DNA from: Catajapyx aquilonaris
Taxonomy: Eukaryota
Direction of reading: 5' to 3'
DNA length: 50,691 nt
NCBI GenBank assembly: GCA_000934665.2
Contig: JYFJ02002791.1
Coordinates: 1 to 50,691, forward strand
Part shown: positions 11,158 to 23,544 of the stretch, piece after piece
How positions within the stretch are numbered: the first letter of the stretch is position 1
Layout of the letters: each line of letters opens with the position of its first letter
Position numbers and translations under genes: made by a program
Notes under the pieces: generated by a model
What the model was told of the DNA's origin: nothing
Seen by the model: only the letters and a program-made list of their open reading frames with translations
Databases searched by the model: none

Positions 11158-14100
11158 ATGGGCCCCGGGTCAACCCCGAGGCGGATAGTGATCGTGTTTT
11201 TGATCGTCATTGTCGCCACACGCTGGATATCGACAGGTGAACTCTTCTTTTAGATTGTCGCTCACGCTTTTTTTTTTTTCTGGCGGGAACTAAGCGAGAG
11301 ATCGATGTTTATTATCGTTAGAATGGAGCGGCTTTGACCAAATCTGGTTACATAGAGGAAACTGAAGCCATGCCGGCCCATTTGATGAATAATGGTTGGC
11401 GCATAGTTGTGGTTGAATTGAGTCGATCAACCTCATTTCCGCCAGATGGGTGCTAAAATAAACGTAAAAGCCTTGAATTGGCAACGTTTTTGCGATGGTA
11501 CGACGTCAGTTCCTGTTGACAGAGTTGGTGAGATAGGAGGTAAGGAAAAGAGACCCCGAGAAATCCTGCCAACACGGAGAGAACTCCACATCAGCATCCG
11601 GAGGTCGTATAATATACGTCATTATTATCACATTTTTGCATCTGATATCAGGTGCATGTTAAGGTGGTTGCCTGATCGCAGGATAATTTGAAAATTATGA
11701 GCTGCATTTTATTGTGCCAATATAATTACCCGGTAATAATAGGCTGTCTAAATATCGTGAGAGTACGAAGGCTAAAAGGTACTTTCAAACTGCATCTATG
11801 AATACTCTTTTAGTTAGGTCTTAGCTCTCAGGTCACAATCAGGTTATTGGATAGATCCTGTTACGCGGGGTACACCATTTGTCTGCCTTTTACCTACAGA
11901 AAAAAAGGAAGAATTAGGACAGGGAAACTAATGTTTGCCGTGATAGGCGAATTTTTCTGTACCAGGCGTTTTGAACAACTTTTTTTTTTTAAACCCCCGT
12001 GACCTATTGTCATAGTAAGCACTATAAATAACCCTCTTTGGATCCGTATGATTAATACAGGCTTTCAACAGATTCATGTTCGCATCGATTCCCACTAGTC
12101 CGTTTTAACGAATCAAGACATTTTGCCGGAAAAAGAAACGAGGTCAAGCCTGAAAATAGCGGAATTTGATCGGATATTTTATATCCTCACTTCTGTAATC
12201 TGAAATTGGACTGCCAATTATATCCTACAGATACTATAGTGACGTGTATGCAGGTACAGCCCACGTGTCAAACCCTACACTTATCGGTGGAAAATATCGA
12301 ATGCTATTTCCTTTTTAGGTGAAAAAGTAGGTTGAGAAGCGTGCAAGTTTTGGCGCGAATAGGTCATCGACCTATATCTAAGATAGTACTTATTCACGAC
12401 AATGTCAGGACGATGTCTAGAAAATCTATAGTCGTGCCCACAAACCGGATTGGTCGATATTGGGGGCGGAAAATGTGACGAGCCATGAAATGCTTTTATA
12501 GACACGTGCGACATTGTTAGATCAATTTTCTGTTATCAGGTGGGCAGCAATCTGGACCAACCAACAGCTCGTCGTTGTCGTGGTCGACGACGCCTTCGTC
12601 AGTCAACATCAGCAAAATGGCGTCTCTTCAACGACGGAGAGGGAACAACACGTGGAGAGGACCGTATTATGGGGGTCACCGGATGTCATGGGCAGGTCGC
12701 CGACCGATGTCTCCGCTTCGAAGAGAGTACAGGGTGGAGGATTTCTTCTGGACAGGGTCTGGCGATGGTGCAGATGACGTTGAGTGGGTTAGCAGGCCTG
12801 ATGAGCATGGTTTGTGGTGGAGGACACGTACCACCACGTTGGTGGTCACCCGGACAGTGATTGTGTCTGCCGATGATACGGTGTATGTCACTCCCACGGT
12901 GGTAACACCATGGATGGACGATTCGTCATCTTGGTATGAGTCGTCGGTGGCGCCGACCCCTGTGGTGACTGCATCACCGACGGATATCTTCACCTCAAGT
13001 GCTTCCATCACTATCGGACCAGTTGAGGACACGACCACCGAACTGGTACCCGTGAGTCCAACGCCTTCGTTGCCGTCTCCTGTCACCTACGAACCAATAT
13101 CACCACTGGACCTAAAATACTGGATACGGAGCGTGTTTCAGACCAACCGCAGTTCTGGCCCGTCTGAGACCGAACTAGAGGACACGTTGGCCCGGATTTA
13201 CTCGTCTGCTTTCAGAAGACAACAAGAGAGACACTTAGGGCTCAGATCCAAGAGGTCAACAAAGCAACACCCAGTGACAAATATGACAATTCCTGTGGCA
13301 GTGGACGTGTTTAATGTCAGTGAAGCACGTGCTTCAGACAACAATGCCAGAATACAGAGCGTCATATATGCAGTGTTCGCTTCGGGGAAACCAGTACTGG
13401 CGTCCAAAGCTGTCAAAGACATGCAGTATGTCACCGAACCAGAGATGGAGTCCGAGTTCAGAAGTGATCGAATCCAAGTTCTGGTCAAAGCTGAAGGTGA
13501 GGTAATGGTTAGGGGCCGTCCAAAAATGCGTACGGTAACGCTGAAGTTAATCCCCCAGCTAGTGCAGTACGTTATTTATGGACAGCCCCTGCTGAGATAT
13601 AAGCAACCAACATGCTTGAAATTGTCTGTTTGTTTCGAAAGCTCTGGTATCAGACACCCAACAGGAGAAGGCTATATCAGAGTCTCATTCCTACTGGGTC
13701 ATACCTGTGGTGATGTTGGGTAGCGTCCTTCTGGTCTTGTCTGGATGTCTGGTGGTATGGGGCTGGAAGCGGATCCACAACCGTAAACGGCAGCATCGGG
13801 AAGAAGCACCTGAGTCACCACGTCATTCTGAACCAAATGGACAGGTAAGTGACAATACATGGGTGACGTTGCATTTACTCATATAAATGACTCGTGGTGT
13901 CATTGCAGGTGCCGTCCGACTTTGAGACGGTATCGCCCAGACCAGCTCCAGAACATGACATTGCTCCGGAGGAACCTCCTAGTGGTAGTCGTGAAGAGCT
14001 GGTACCATCACCTTCACCAAAGGTGGACAGGTCAAAGCTTGATACAAAAGCAGACAGCAGCAGTACCGAGTCTGAGGAAGAATCCAGTCTACGATCAGTT

Positions 14101-14953
14101 TTCCGTGGAGTTCGCACCCGTACCTTTCCCAAGGCACCTCCACTACCCCCATCACTGCCGGAATGCCTGGACAAAAGACTGTCCTTGGTCAATCCTCTGG
14201 AGCGCCTCAGTGTTGAGCATTTCGACGTATACCCAGACCAGAGAGCCTACTTTCCCCAAGAGCTGTCTCCTCGGAGTCCAAAGCGACCACAGACAGCCCC
14301 CAGCAATAGGAACCACCGGATAATACGGCCACCTGTGACAAGGGACGCGGCTGTGGATGCTCAAAGCAGCCTGGAAGCTAGCGCTGTTGAGGAAGACACT
14401 GAAGAGAGCGAAGAAGTTGGTCCTGCTATGAACCGGATGAGAAGGCGGTTCCACCGCTTGCTGGACGAAGCTTTTAGCCTCTTTGGCAGCCCCAGGTCGA
14501 CCTATGAGCCAGACTTAGCAGATGGTCATCCACACCACAGGTAACTAACCCACTCCCAACTGACGTAGCCTGTAAACAAAAATATCTTTCAGTTCTATGT
14601 CAGGCGATACTGTCAGCCCAACGTCTAAGGTGGGCATGACCACTCCTAGAAAACCTCCACGACCACCTTCTGGGTTGCAGACCTTGCGCCACCCGAGGAG
14701 GGCCTGGAATGAAGTGTCTCCTCTTCCAACAGACACCTCTGCTGGAACTGAAGGAAAGAGAAGAAGCGCAGAACCACAACTGCCTCTTTCTGGAAGAAGT
14801 GTGCATTTTGCCATGCAGTATAATCAGAAAGGTGTGACGGGTCGAAGTGTCACAATCGGGGAAGATGATGCTGGAGAATTGCCACCAAATGATCCAGCAG
14901 TTCCGCTTATACAGGCCATCAAGGAAGAACTTAAGCGATTCCAGCCGCATTGA
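11158..14953 (+). CDS. KIAA1549/UPF0606-like single-pass membrane protein, 743 aa; exons 11158-11236, 12540-13496, 13642-13844, 13909-14540, 14593-14953
   Basis: The exons join in frame (2232 nt). Architecture: signal-peptide-like MGPGSTPRRIVIVFLIVIVATRWIST, S/T/P-rich stalk, SEA-like domain with RSKR, TM helix WVIPVVMLGSVLLVLSGCLVVWGW followed by KRIHNRKR, Pro/Ser-rich tail, and C-terminal PLIQAIKEELKRF resembling the KIAA1549-family end motif (recalled as LIKAIREEL). The gene model is strong; the family call is moderate. Confidence 0.8.
11529..11596 (-). mobile_element. SINE V-domain remnant
   Basis: Reverse strand TGTGGAGTTCTCTCCGTGTTGGCAGGATTTCTCGGGGTCTC is similar to the core of 8700-8864. 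Confidence 0.5.
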
Positions 14954-15750
14954 TATTTTCTAAGCATTTTTTTGGTGTCTGTATATATAAACCATATGGA
15001 CTTTACTTTCCCATTGACAATACTCCACTACAAACTTGTGGTTCACTGGATATGCTGCCAGTAGGCTACTATTATTCGATGTGATTTATAATCATTAATA
15101 TTTACATAAATGACAAAATTCACTGTTGTAAATGTGGCAATAATATTTTATTCCATCCAATAACAATATACTTGGTGTTTTTTACTAGTGTGGCATCTGT
15201 CCTACAGAAGACATGCAATGGGGTGCTTCATGGCATAAGGTCCCTGCTCCCTGGTCATAGTCCACACATGTCATCATGCAAATTTTGACATTGGAGCAAT
15301 AACAGCCTTTGTCATTTTCAGACAGGGAATGTCAGTTTAGCAAGATAGACTGGTTTAAATCGCTCAGTATGGAGGCCTTCGTGGGCCAGAAGTTTATTTT
15401 TGTACGGCAGTGGTTATTGTGGCCTTCAGAAAGAAGGACACAGCTGGTACCCTGGTAGGTATAGGCTTTATACAGTACAATACATTGTTTGACCCCTGAC
15501 CTCGGGTCACACCCTGACTATAGCTCAGTAACGCAGGTTCAGATGGAGAAAAGATGTCAGACTGGGAGAAAAGGATGGAAGAAGTGGCGGGGAAAACTGG
15601 AAAATCCGGAAAAATAATGGTTTCTGTTAACAGACTGTATAATGAATATCTCTTTTTTACTTAATATATAACTGAAACACAAATTACCACATTATTTTAC
15701 TTAACATGCTAATAAGGTTAAAAATGTAACCTAAATCAAACATTTTATGG

Positions 15751-16162
15751 CAGTGGCGTAGGCAGGGGAGGGGGCAGCCCCCCCCCNCCCCCCCCCCCCC
15801 CCCCCGAAATCTTTAGAAAAAATCATTAAATGCATTACATATAACTTATATATGTGGAGTGACCAATCAAAACGCAACAAACGCCAACAAAGCCATTTCG
15901 AGATATTCAACAAAAACCGATTGCTCCCAAATGGAATGTGACCAAGAAACAAAACGTGCAGTACATTATGCCCATATGCAGAGGTGGTTAATGGTGTATG
16001 TTAATGAAATCAGGAATTGTCTAGTTACGAGTTTTTTTTTTTGAAATTTTTAAATCATCTGCTTAATGGGAGGGGGCAGTCACTTTTTTCGAAGAAAAAG
16101 TCAAAATAATAAAAAGGCATCAAAATGATCAAGTGGCTTCGCTTGTGTTGTCCAGCCCACCC
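15751..16162 (+). mobile_element. hAT-like MITE (CAGTGGCGTAG start)
   Basis: Begins CAGTGGCGTAGGCAGGGG followed by G/C tracts; 16033-16160 is repeated in inverted orientation at ~16895-17015. Confidence 0.55.
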
Positions 16163-16868
16163 CATAGTCCCTACATTTGTCTTATACCAGGGAGTTCCAT
16201 TCTCAAACCTATCACCTCTCCAAATATTTAATCCTACAATTTAAACTATAGGTCCAATAAATTCACCAGCACATGCAAATGAATCGGCACAACTTTTAGG
16301 GCATTTTCAATGGTTTGTTGCCGGCTAACCTTTGACCTGAAAGGCTCTAGTATTAGGTTTTTGGTCTGGGGCCAGGCCCTACCTCGGTCTCCATCTGTCG
16401 GATCTCTCGTAATGAGACTGTACAGAGCACAGTATACATACAGATATACAGTATATCTCTCGATGTGAGGTATATGCCCAAGGAGGTGACCACTCGCCTA
16501 CGTCACATTCATTACTGATACCTGCCAACTACAAGTACGTTTGGCTCGGGTCATACTACTTCACATCGAGAGATATACTGTATATCTAACACTAAGTACT
16601 GTGCTCTGTACAGTCTCATTACGAAAGACCCGACAGATGGAGACCGAGGTAGGGCCTGGCCCCAGACCAAAAACCTAATACTAGGGCCATTCAGGTCAAA
16701 GGTTAGCCGGCAACAAACCATTGAAAATGCCCTAAAAGTTGTGCCGATTAATTTGCATGTGCTGGTGAATTTATTGGACCTATAGTTTAAATTGTAGGAT
16801 TAAATATTTGGGGGGATGATAGGTTTGAGAATGGAACTCCCTGGTATAAGACAAATGTAGGGACTATG
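16163..16868. mobile_element. ~700-bp foldback element (CATAGTCCCTAC termini)
   Basis: High-identity arms of about 310 bp around a short spacer (~16480-16545). Confidence 0.92.
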
Positions 16869-17086
16869 GGGTGCGTAGGGTGGGGGCTGCCGGGATGGAC
16901 AGCACAAGCGAAGCCACTTGATCATTTTGATGACTTTTTATTACTTTGACTTTTTTCTTCGAAAAAAGTGACCGCCCCCTCCCATTAAGCAGGTGTCTTA
17001 AAAATTTCCAAAAATATTTTCTTCCACGCCTCTTCCTCCCCCTCTCCACCCTCCCCCCCCTCTTCGCTGCTCCTCTTACACCTCTG
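16869..17086 (-). mobile_element. Second hAT-like MITE copy, inverted relative to 15751-16162
   Basis: Reverse strand starts CAGAGGTGTAAG, shares about 125 bp with 16033-16160 and ends CTACGCACCC. Confidence 0.5.
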
Positions 17087-17177
17087 AAGAAGTGTTGGGG
17101 AAACTGCGAAGGAACAGTCGCCATCTTGGCCAGAGATGACGGCTGCAAATTTTTTTTCTCCCAGACCACAATTGAAG

Positions 17178-17247
17178 AATCACCGGGATTAGATCTCAGA
17201 ACCCTTCGATTGAGAGTCCGATGCGTTACCACTGAGCCACGCTCTGG
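17178..17247 (-). pseudogene. tRNA-like head (SINE remnant or pseudo-tRNA)
   Basis: Reverse strand GTGGCTCAGTGGTAACGCATCGGACTCTCAATCGAAGGGTTCTGAGATCTAATCCCGG: intact A box, degenerate B box. Confidence 0.65.
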
Positions 17248-17380
17248 TGCAACGAATGTATGTGTGTTGGAAGGGTCTAGCCTATTTACCAGATGCACTT
17301 CAAAGCGAAATAAATGTGAAATGTCAGATAAAGTAACAGCGAGAAAGGTCCATAGCGATAAAAAGAAACGACGTCCTTTT

Positions 17381-17448
17381 TTCAGGATTCGATCCTTCAA
17401 CCTTCATGTTACGAAGAGAGCGTCTTAACCACTACACCACTGCGCTAC
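17381..17448 (-). pseudogene. Second tRNA-like head
   Basis: Reverse strand GTGGTGTAGTGGTTAAGACGCTCTCTTCGTAACATGAAGGTTGAAGGATCGAATCC; stems are broken. Confidence 0.6.
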
Positions 17449-19262
17449 CTCGATATTGGCACTCTCTCCAGCATGTACTTATCGTAAAGAAAGGGCGCCA
17501 CAAAATACCATTCATCTCAATGTAGTGCCATTTGTCAAATAAATTCTCATGTAATATATCCTTGTCTGAATTCCATCTTGAAATGAAAGAATGCTTAATT
17601 TTTATGTTGCAATGATTTTTCTGATGCAATATATTGTATTATCTATGGGTTGGAAGTAAAGTACACATTTTAAAAGTTATGATGCAACTTTGTGCCAAAA
17701 TTATGCTATTTTCCAGCAATTATTATGAGAAGTCGAAGGCGATTATAACGTTCTTCCACCGACCCACTCAATTAGTCAAAGAAGGAGCTGGTTAGTAGGA
17801 ACATATTGTTCAGAAACTCCCCTACATTACACTACCTTTGCAAATGGAGAGTTCCCCCATCATGGTATAGTGATTAGTCTGGGACGCAAGGTTCAATGTT
17901 TCTCATTACCTTGGGGCATGAAGTGGAACACAGCATTTTTCCACATTTGCCTTTTTTTTATCCAGGTGATGCCCATTACTTTCCTCCCATAGTTATCTTG
18001 CTGAAGATCCAGTATAGACATTTTTATTTGACTGTCTGCATATTATTTGTCAGTTTACACATATTTTTTCTACACACTTTTTAATAATTGTATGGGAGGA
18101 TATAATTAGGATCCTTTGCAATAAAAATAAAGTATTTGAGGTAATATGAATTGTTTTTGTTTCAAAAGTTAATTGGGGAGGGTGTGGGAAGTACAGTGAC
18201 AAGGAACACAATATAGCACAAGGATGATCTGACCCATGAGGAGACGAACAAAATAATGAATCCATGGGAGATATAATATATGTAATATATTAACGACAAC
18301 TGTTCTACGGCAATTAAAATTCGCACTCCGACACCTATTCAGCAATGACAGCTGACAATCCGACAATATTATTGAAGCATTCCACGCTGCCGGATTTTCA
18401 TCTGGCAAAGTTGGCTAGGTATTGGGGTGGGGACAGTGCCAGATCTGTTTGTAGGTCACTTTCCCTCATGGGTCACAACATGATATCATGCAAATCTATA
18501 GCTACAATGTATAATACCAGAATGGTAGTCTACACGAAATGTACTGTATACAACTTAAATTATGTTAAGCTTCCAGTATGCCTGATATTAATTACAAAAT
18601 ATACCATAATATTAGTGTATCACAAAATGTTATATATTTTTGAGGGCTGAATTCTGTAGGCTAATATATGAGCACCCATTTTTTTTGTTCCTTCTTTATA
18701 CATTTAGAGCACCTCTCATTAATGACACATCGTTGGTTAAACTGTAGCACCCTATGCAATCATACACGATATAATTCGTACTCCATCACATGTAGTCTAC
18801 TTGGGGCGAATGCAGATCCTATTACACAAGGTGAAACATAGGCCAGCTCACACCCGTATCAGTGAAAATCTTGCATATGCTCCTGACTTAGGTTGGAGTC
18901 ATGTGAGTCATTCAATGTGCAGGTGGGTACCAGCAATCCACCATGATCTTCAACCAGGGAGACAACGTGACTCACAAGACTATACGAGATTTTCTCTGGG
19001 GCTGATATGAGCTAAATTTTTGTGACACCCAAGTCCAATAGAACTGTTAGAATCAGTCTATAAATCAGCAGTCGCTTGCCTCTCTCGGGTCTATTATCAA
19101 TGAACCAAATATGTACAGTACAACACCAATGGACGAAAGAAGGGGTTCCAAGAAAATAACATTTACCCTGTCAAGATCACTTTGAAAATCTTGAGTGAAC
19201 ATAGTTAGTACAGTGTGTAGCCCTATTTTGTTAGAGTAGCCTAACATAAATATACGAGACAT

Positions 19263-19591
19263 CAGGGACGGACTGGCCTATGGGCCCGGAGTAATTGGCG
19301 AAGTCATTGGGCCCCCCCCCCANCACAGACCCTAGATATGAAGTCACCTGAATGCAAATGCAGCAGGGACATGCAAGTTCCACTCATCGAGCCACCCAAA
19401 ACAACTTTGTACATCCTGCTAACATGGTGAGATTTGAGGTCAGTGCGACTGACTATGACATAATGGGGGTAGATAGGACTCACAAATACCAGCTGGTATT
19501 CCAGAATTTATGAGCAGTTTTTGTAGTGGTGGTGATGGTGGTAGAAGTTCCAAAAATTTCTGTCAGTTCCAAAGACTACAGTCCGTCCCTT
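19263..19591. mobile_element. hAT-like MITE
   Basis: CAGGGACGGACTG ... CAGTCCGTCCCTT; 8-bp flanks CGAGACAT / TCATACAT match at 5 of 8 positions. Confidence 0.6.
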
Positions 19592-22500
19592 TCATACATA
19601 CTACACGTATTTGACAAAGTCAGAGGGACACGTGTAACCCAATGGCTTTGTAGGCTCGGATCAAGTCTAGAGCGTGATGTTGCCTATAATTGGCAACACT
19701 CATCATAATACTGAACCACATAAAAAGCGTTTTGAAGTAGGGTGCATATTCCTGAGTTTTCATGTGACCTGTGCTTTACCTTTCAACCATTATCAGCTAC
19801 GTCTACAGCCTATGATAGCCTCATACAGTATAACAATATCTGTTCAAGTCAAAGTATCTGATCTTATGATCTACGATGATCTAGTGATTTCTCTGCAATT
19901 GATTTAATATAGTGAGTTAGTGACACAGCCCTTATATACGTTGTGTCCTAAATTTTTTGATGCAAAATTCTACAAATTTGGTAACAGAGGCCTGTCAAAT
20001 GTAGCCCAAATTGTTGAGTTTTATAAGGTTATAACATGTAAATAGCATATCAGTGCTATTCCTGGAGGATTCATTGAATCACATCATCTGTATGATCTCT
20101 GTGTAATGGACGAAATCACATCATTTGTGATCCCTGTATTTTAAAAATTCCAGAAGAAAGGCATAATTTCCATAAAAGACAGCAATGTTTTGTGAAAATA
20201 CGACAGCGCAAAATCAGGTCACATGGAAGGGGTTGTTGAATGTATCATCGGCAGGTCTCATTGGCCAAGGTGCAGTTAGACACAGCAATTGCTTCCATCT
20301 AAGTGGGTGAGGCCTAAACCCCATGTGAATAGCAGTAACTGTTCCCTTCCTAGCACCCTTCAAAGTTCAAAGATGCTTTGATAGCTGTGTTCAAGTAGAG
20401 TTTACACACAACATTGCTACACTAAAAGTACCCTAGAAGATAGGCCCCTCCTACTTTGACAGCAGCGAGCTACTGTGTGTAATAGCACCATAAGTACCTC
20501 TTCGGTTTTAAACTGCTTTATAAGCCCTTAATGATAATGCTCAAATTAATATTTACAATACACAAGGAGCAACAGGATCTATCAAAATCCTGACAGTCAA
20601 AGTCAGTGTGAGTGGCACAGTAGATTATGGAATTACCGCAGATATGACAAATGTCAATTTCTGTGGATATGAAGGTAATGCCACTTTCTGATATTTCAGG
20701 GCATTCCCCTTCATTTGGAGATGTAGATCTCCAGAAATAAAAAAAAACCAAAAGATAGGAAATCAGAAAATATGAGTGGAAAAATGACATATGATGTATA
20801 GAATGTCAGTATTCTACCTGACTTTTTCACGACGACTTATCAATGCCGTTAGTCCTTTTGGAAATCAAACCCTGTCTACATTGCATTGTTCAAACGAGAA
20901 AACATCGAATACAAATATTGTGTACAATTCACGGGGATAAACTACTGAATCATGACTTTTTAGAAACATGAGGTGCATAGTGTATACACTACACTGTACT
21001 TAACTAACAGTAAGTTGCAAATTCTGAATTGATACAAAATAAAAGCTTATTCAACATCAGAATGATTACATATAGGTCGAACCATGACATCAGTGTTACA
21101 CATGTTTAAATACAATGAGGCCTCTAGAATGGACAGCCCGAATAACTTGAAGAATAACTAGGCTATTGTACAAATACATTTAGGATGCAGTTCAACACAA
21201 TAAAAGTACCTAATCGGACTGGCCATACTAAGGCTAGTAAATCATACTGTACTTGGGGTGTAGGAAAGTAATTACTGTACAATAAATACTCAAAGGGCGC
21301 AGGCTGCATCATAGATTTTCAAACTAAGTCCCTTCACTCAACATTAGATGGCAAGAGTGGCAGATGCCATATTTTGTATCTGATTCTGAAAGCTGGGTTC
21401 TCATATAGCCCGAAAAATGTAACATGCTACTGTCAAGTGAGCGATTGATTTGTCTTCTCTGGAGCTTGGATACCAGTGGCCACGGTACTGTTTATGTACC
21501 TCCTCATTTTTCGAGAAGTGTTATGCAATGAACTTTTATCAGCGATAACTCTGGACAAAGTCACTGCACCAGTTGCATGGACACTTGGGAATCAACAATT
21601 ACAGTATATCTGATTTTCCTATTCAGCATGGTACTGTTTCAGCGTGGCGTAAACAGGAGCAGTGTCTTTTACAAATAGCGAGGATATACCAGGACATCTT
21701 CCATACACAGAAAGCCTAACACAAAATATAAGGTCTAAACCCTGATATGCCCTGTAGTTAGTGTAGTACATAAGAAAAACAGTTTAAGTACCAAAGTGCA
21801 GAAAATTTCAGTAGATTTTGTGTACAGTACATATGGGCCAAACAACAGGCTTTTCCAGGTATTCTTACCAGTTATGTATCATACAAATAAAATAATGGGC
21901 GTTGGCTAAGTTGATATAGGATAAGTAATATAATCAGGTATAGCAGCTTGAGTCATCAAAACACAAAATGTTAGGTCATATTGCGACATATACAGTATTT
22001 CTGAAGCATCTGAGCAAAGGTCATAAATGCAAAAAATAAAAAATAAAGTGTTGTATGCAGTAGTCCACCTCAAGGTGGATGATATGAGAGTAAATTACCT
22101 GTTAATATATTAAAGTAAGTTATCTGCTTGAGCATTTTATTAACCCTTACTTAAGAAGGTATACTCATTACTTGAATATGCAGCACTGAAATGTGCTTCC
22201 CATTCTTTACACACTGGTATACTGACGGTAAGTTTTTTGGTCAATGACATCGTTATATTTTTCTAGGTGGAAAGATTGATTTACATGTAACTTTTTCAAA
22301 TATCTCATGTCTGATGCAGGTATGATAGTTTCATCCACGGTCATATGTTTCATCAGATGATCCACATTTCATATTATGCTATTAGCTTACTACATACCGT
22401 TATTTGCTAGTTATGTAAAGCGCTGAACTAAAATACATGCATTCCACTAAGCTGCCCAATTTCCACAACTGATGGAGATATGGTTAATAGAAAATATCCT

Positions 22501-22823
22501 TTTGACTGTGGGTTTTCACCTGTTGTGCTGTGTCACAGTCAAAATTAGACTTGTTGGGGATCGTTGATAGGGATCATTGTTGCGCATATTTGCCTCCAAG
22601 TTGATTTTTAGAATTGCATTTTGTTTCAGAAGAGAAACCTGAACTGAACCATAAATAATTTATGGATTTTTTTTGTGAATGACAGCTGCACAAGGACAGA
22701 AGGGAGATATATATTAATGCCTTAATTTTTACCCCACTTGATTGTCTCCGCCCTAAAGATTTTATGGCAGTATATGAGTATTTTTAACATCTATTTGAAT
22801 TGTTATCGACTGTTGTACTTGAT

Positions 22824-22824
<1 letters not shown>

Positions 22825-22879
<55 letters not shown>
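22825..22879. repeat. (TAA)n microsatellite
   Basis: About 18 perfect TAA units. Confidence 0.97.
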
Positions 22880-22880
<1 letters not shown>

Positions 22881-23544
22881 CCTGCCTATTGGAAGTATCA
22901 AGAATGACACAAATACAGCTTTGTAGAGGGCATATTACTGTCATTTTCTGCACGGTGGGCCTACACACAATTACCCCTTTACAATATTATAATAATTACT
23001 GTAGACCGGATGTTTTGTATATTCTTTCTATATATGGCGAATTCCTGAGCACGAGAGGATCACTTCATGTGGTGTCATTTGGTTTCTGCAACCTCGTTAT
23101 TCCAAATATTAGGGCTAATCAAAGAGTCTCATATGTTAAGACCGCAGATCCATCAGCCTACGACACTTCCGTTGCCTGGTAGGCTACACCCCATGTGATC
23201 ACAGTTTAAGTTAAAATGTAATGGTAATACCTATGTTTTAAGTGAAAAAGGTCGTAAGGACAGTCGCATACCTGGCAGGAGATTTTGAGTCTTGTCTTTG
23301 ATGCCCATTATCTCAGTAAGGAGGCTTCGAAGACCCAGTGACACCTTTATATGCATAAAGTGATCCTCTAGCTCCCAGGTGTCTGACTCATAAAGAAACA
23401 CCCTGTAGGGAGTCAGAACATTGTACTGGGAACAACTACGTATTACCGCAACCCTACAATAAGGCAAATTGTCTTGTAACCACAACAATTATTATCTTAT
23501 CATATACAGCCACAACTAACCATGCTGCAACAATGTTAATCGCA

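Noticed and set aside
13497..13723. C-terminal part of the 382-aa ORF
   Set aside because: Intron plus an out-of-frame exon; the TM exon is in a different frame
16864..17428. 178-aa and 160-aa antiparallel ORFs
   Set aside because: They lie over MITE and tRNA-like repeats and show no recognisable domain
22762..22968. Poly-Leu membrane peptide ORF
   Set aside because: Translation of the (TAA)n microsatellite
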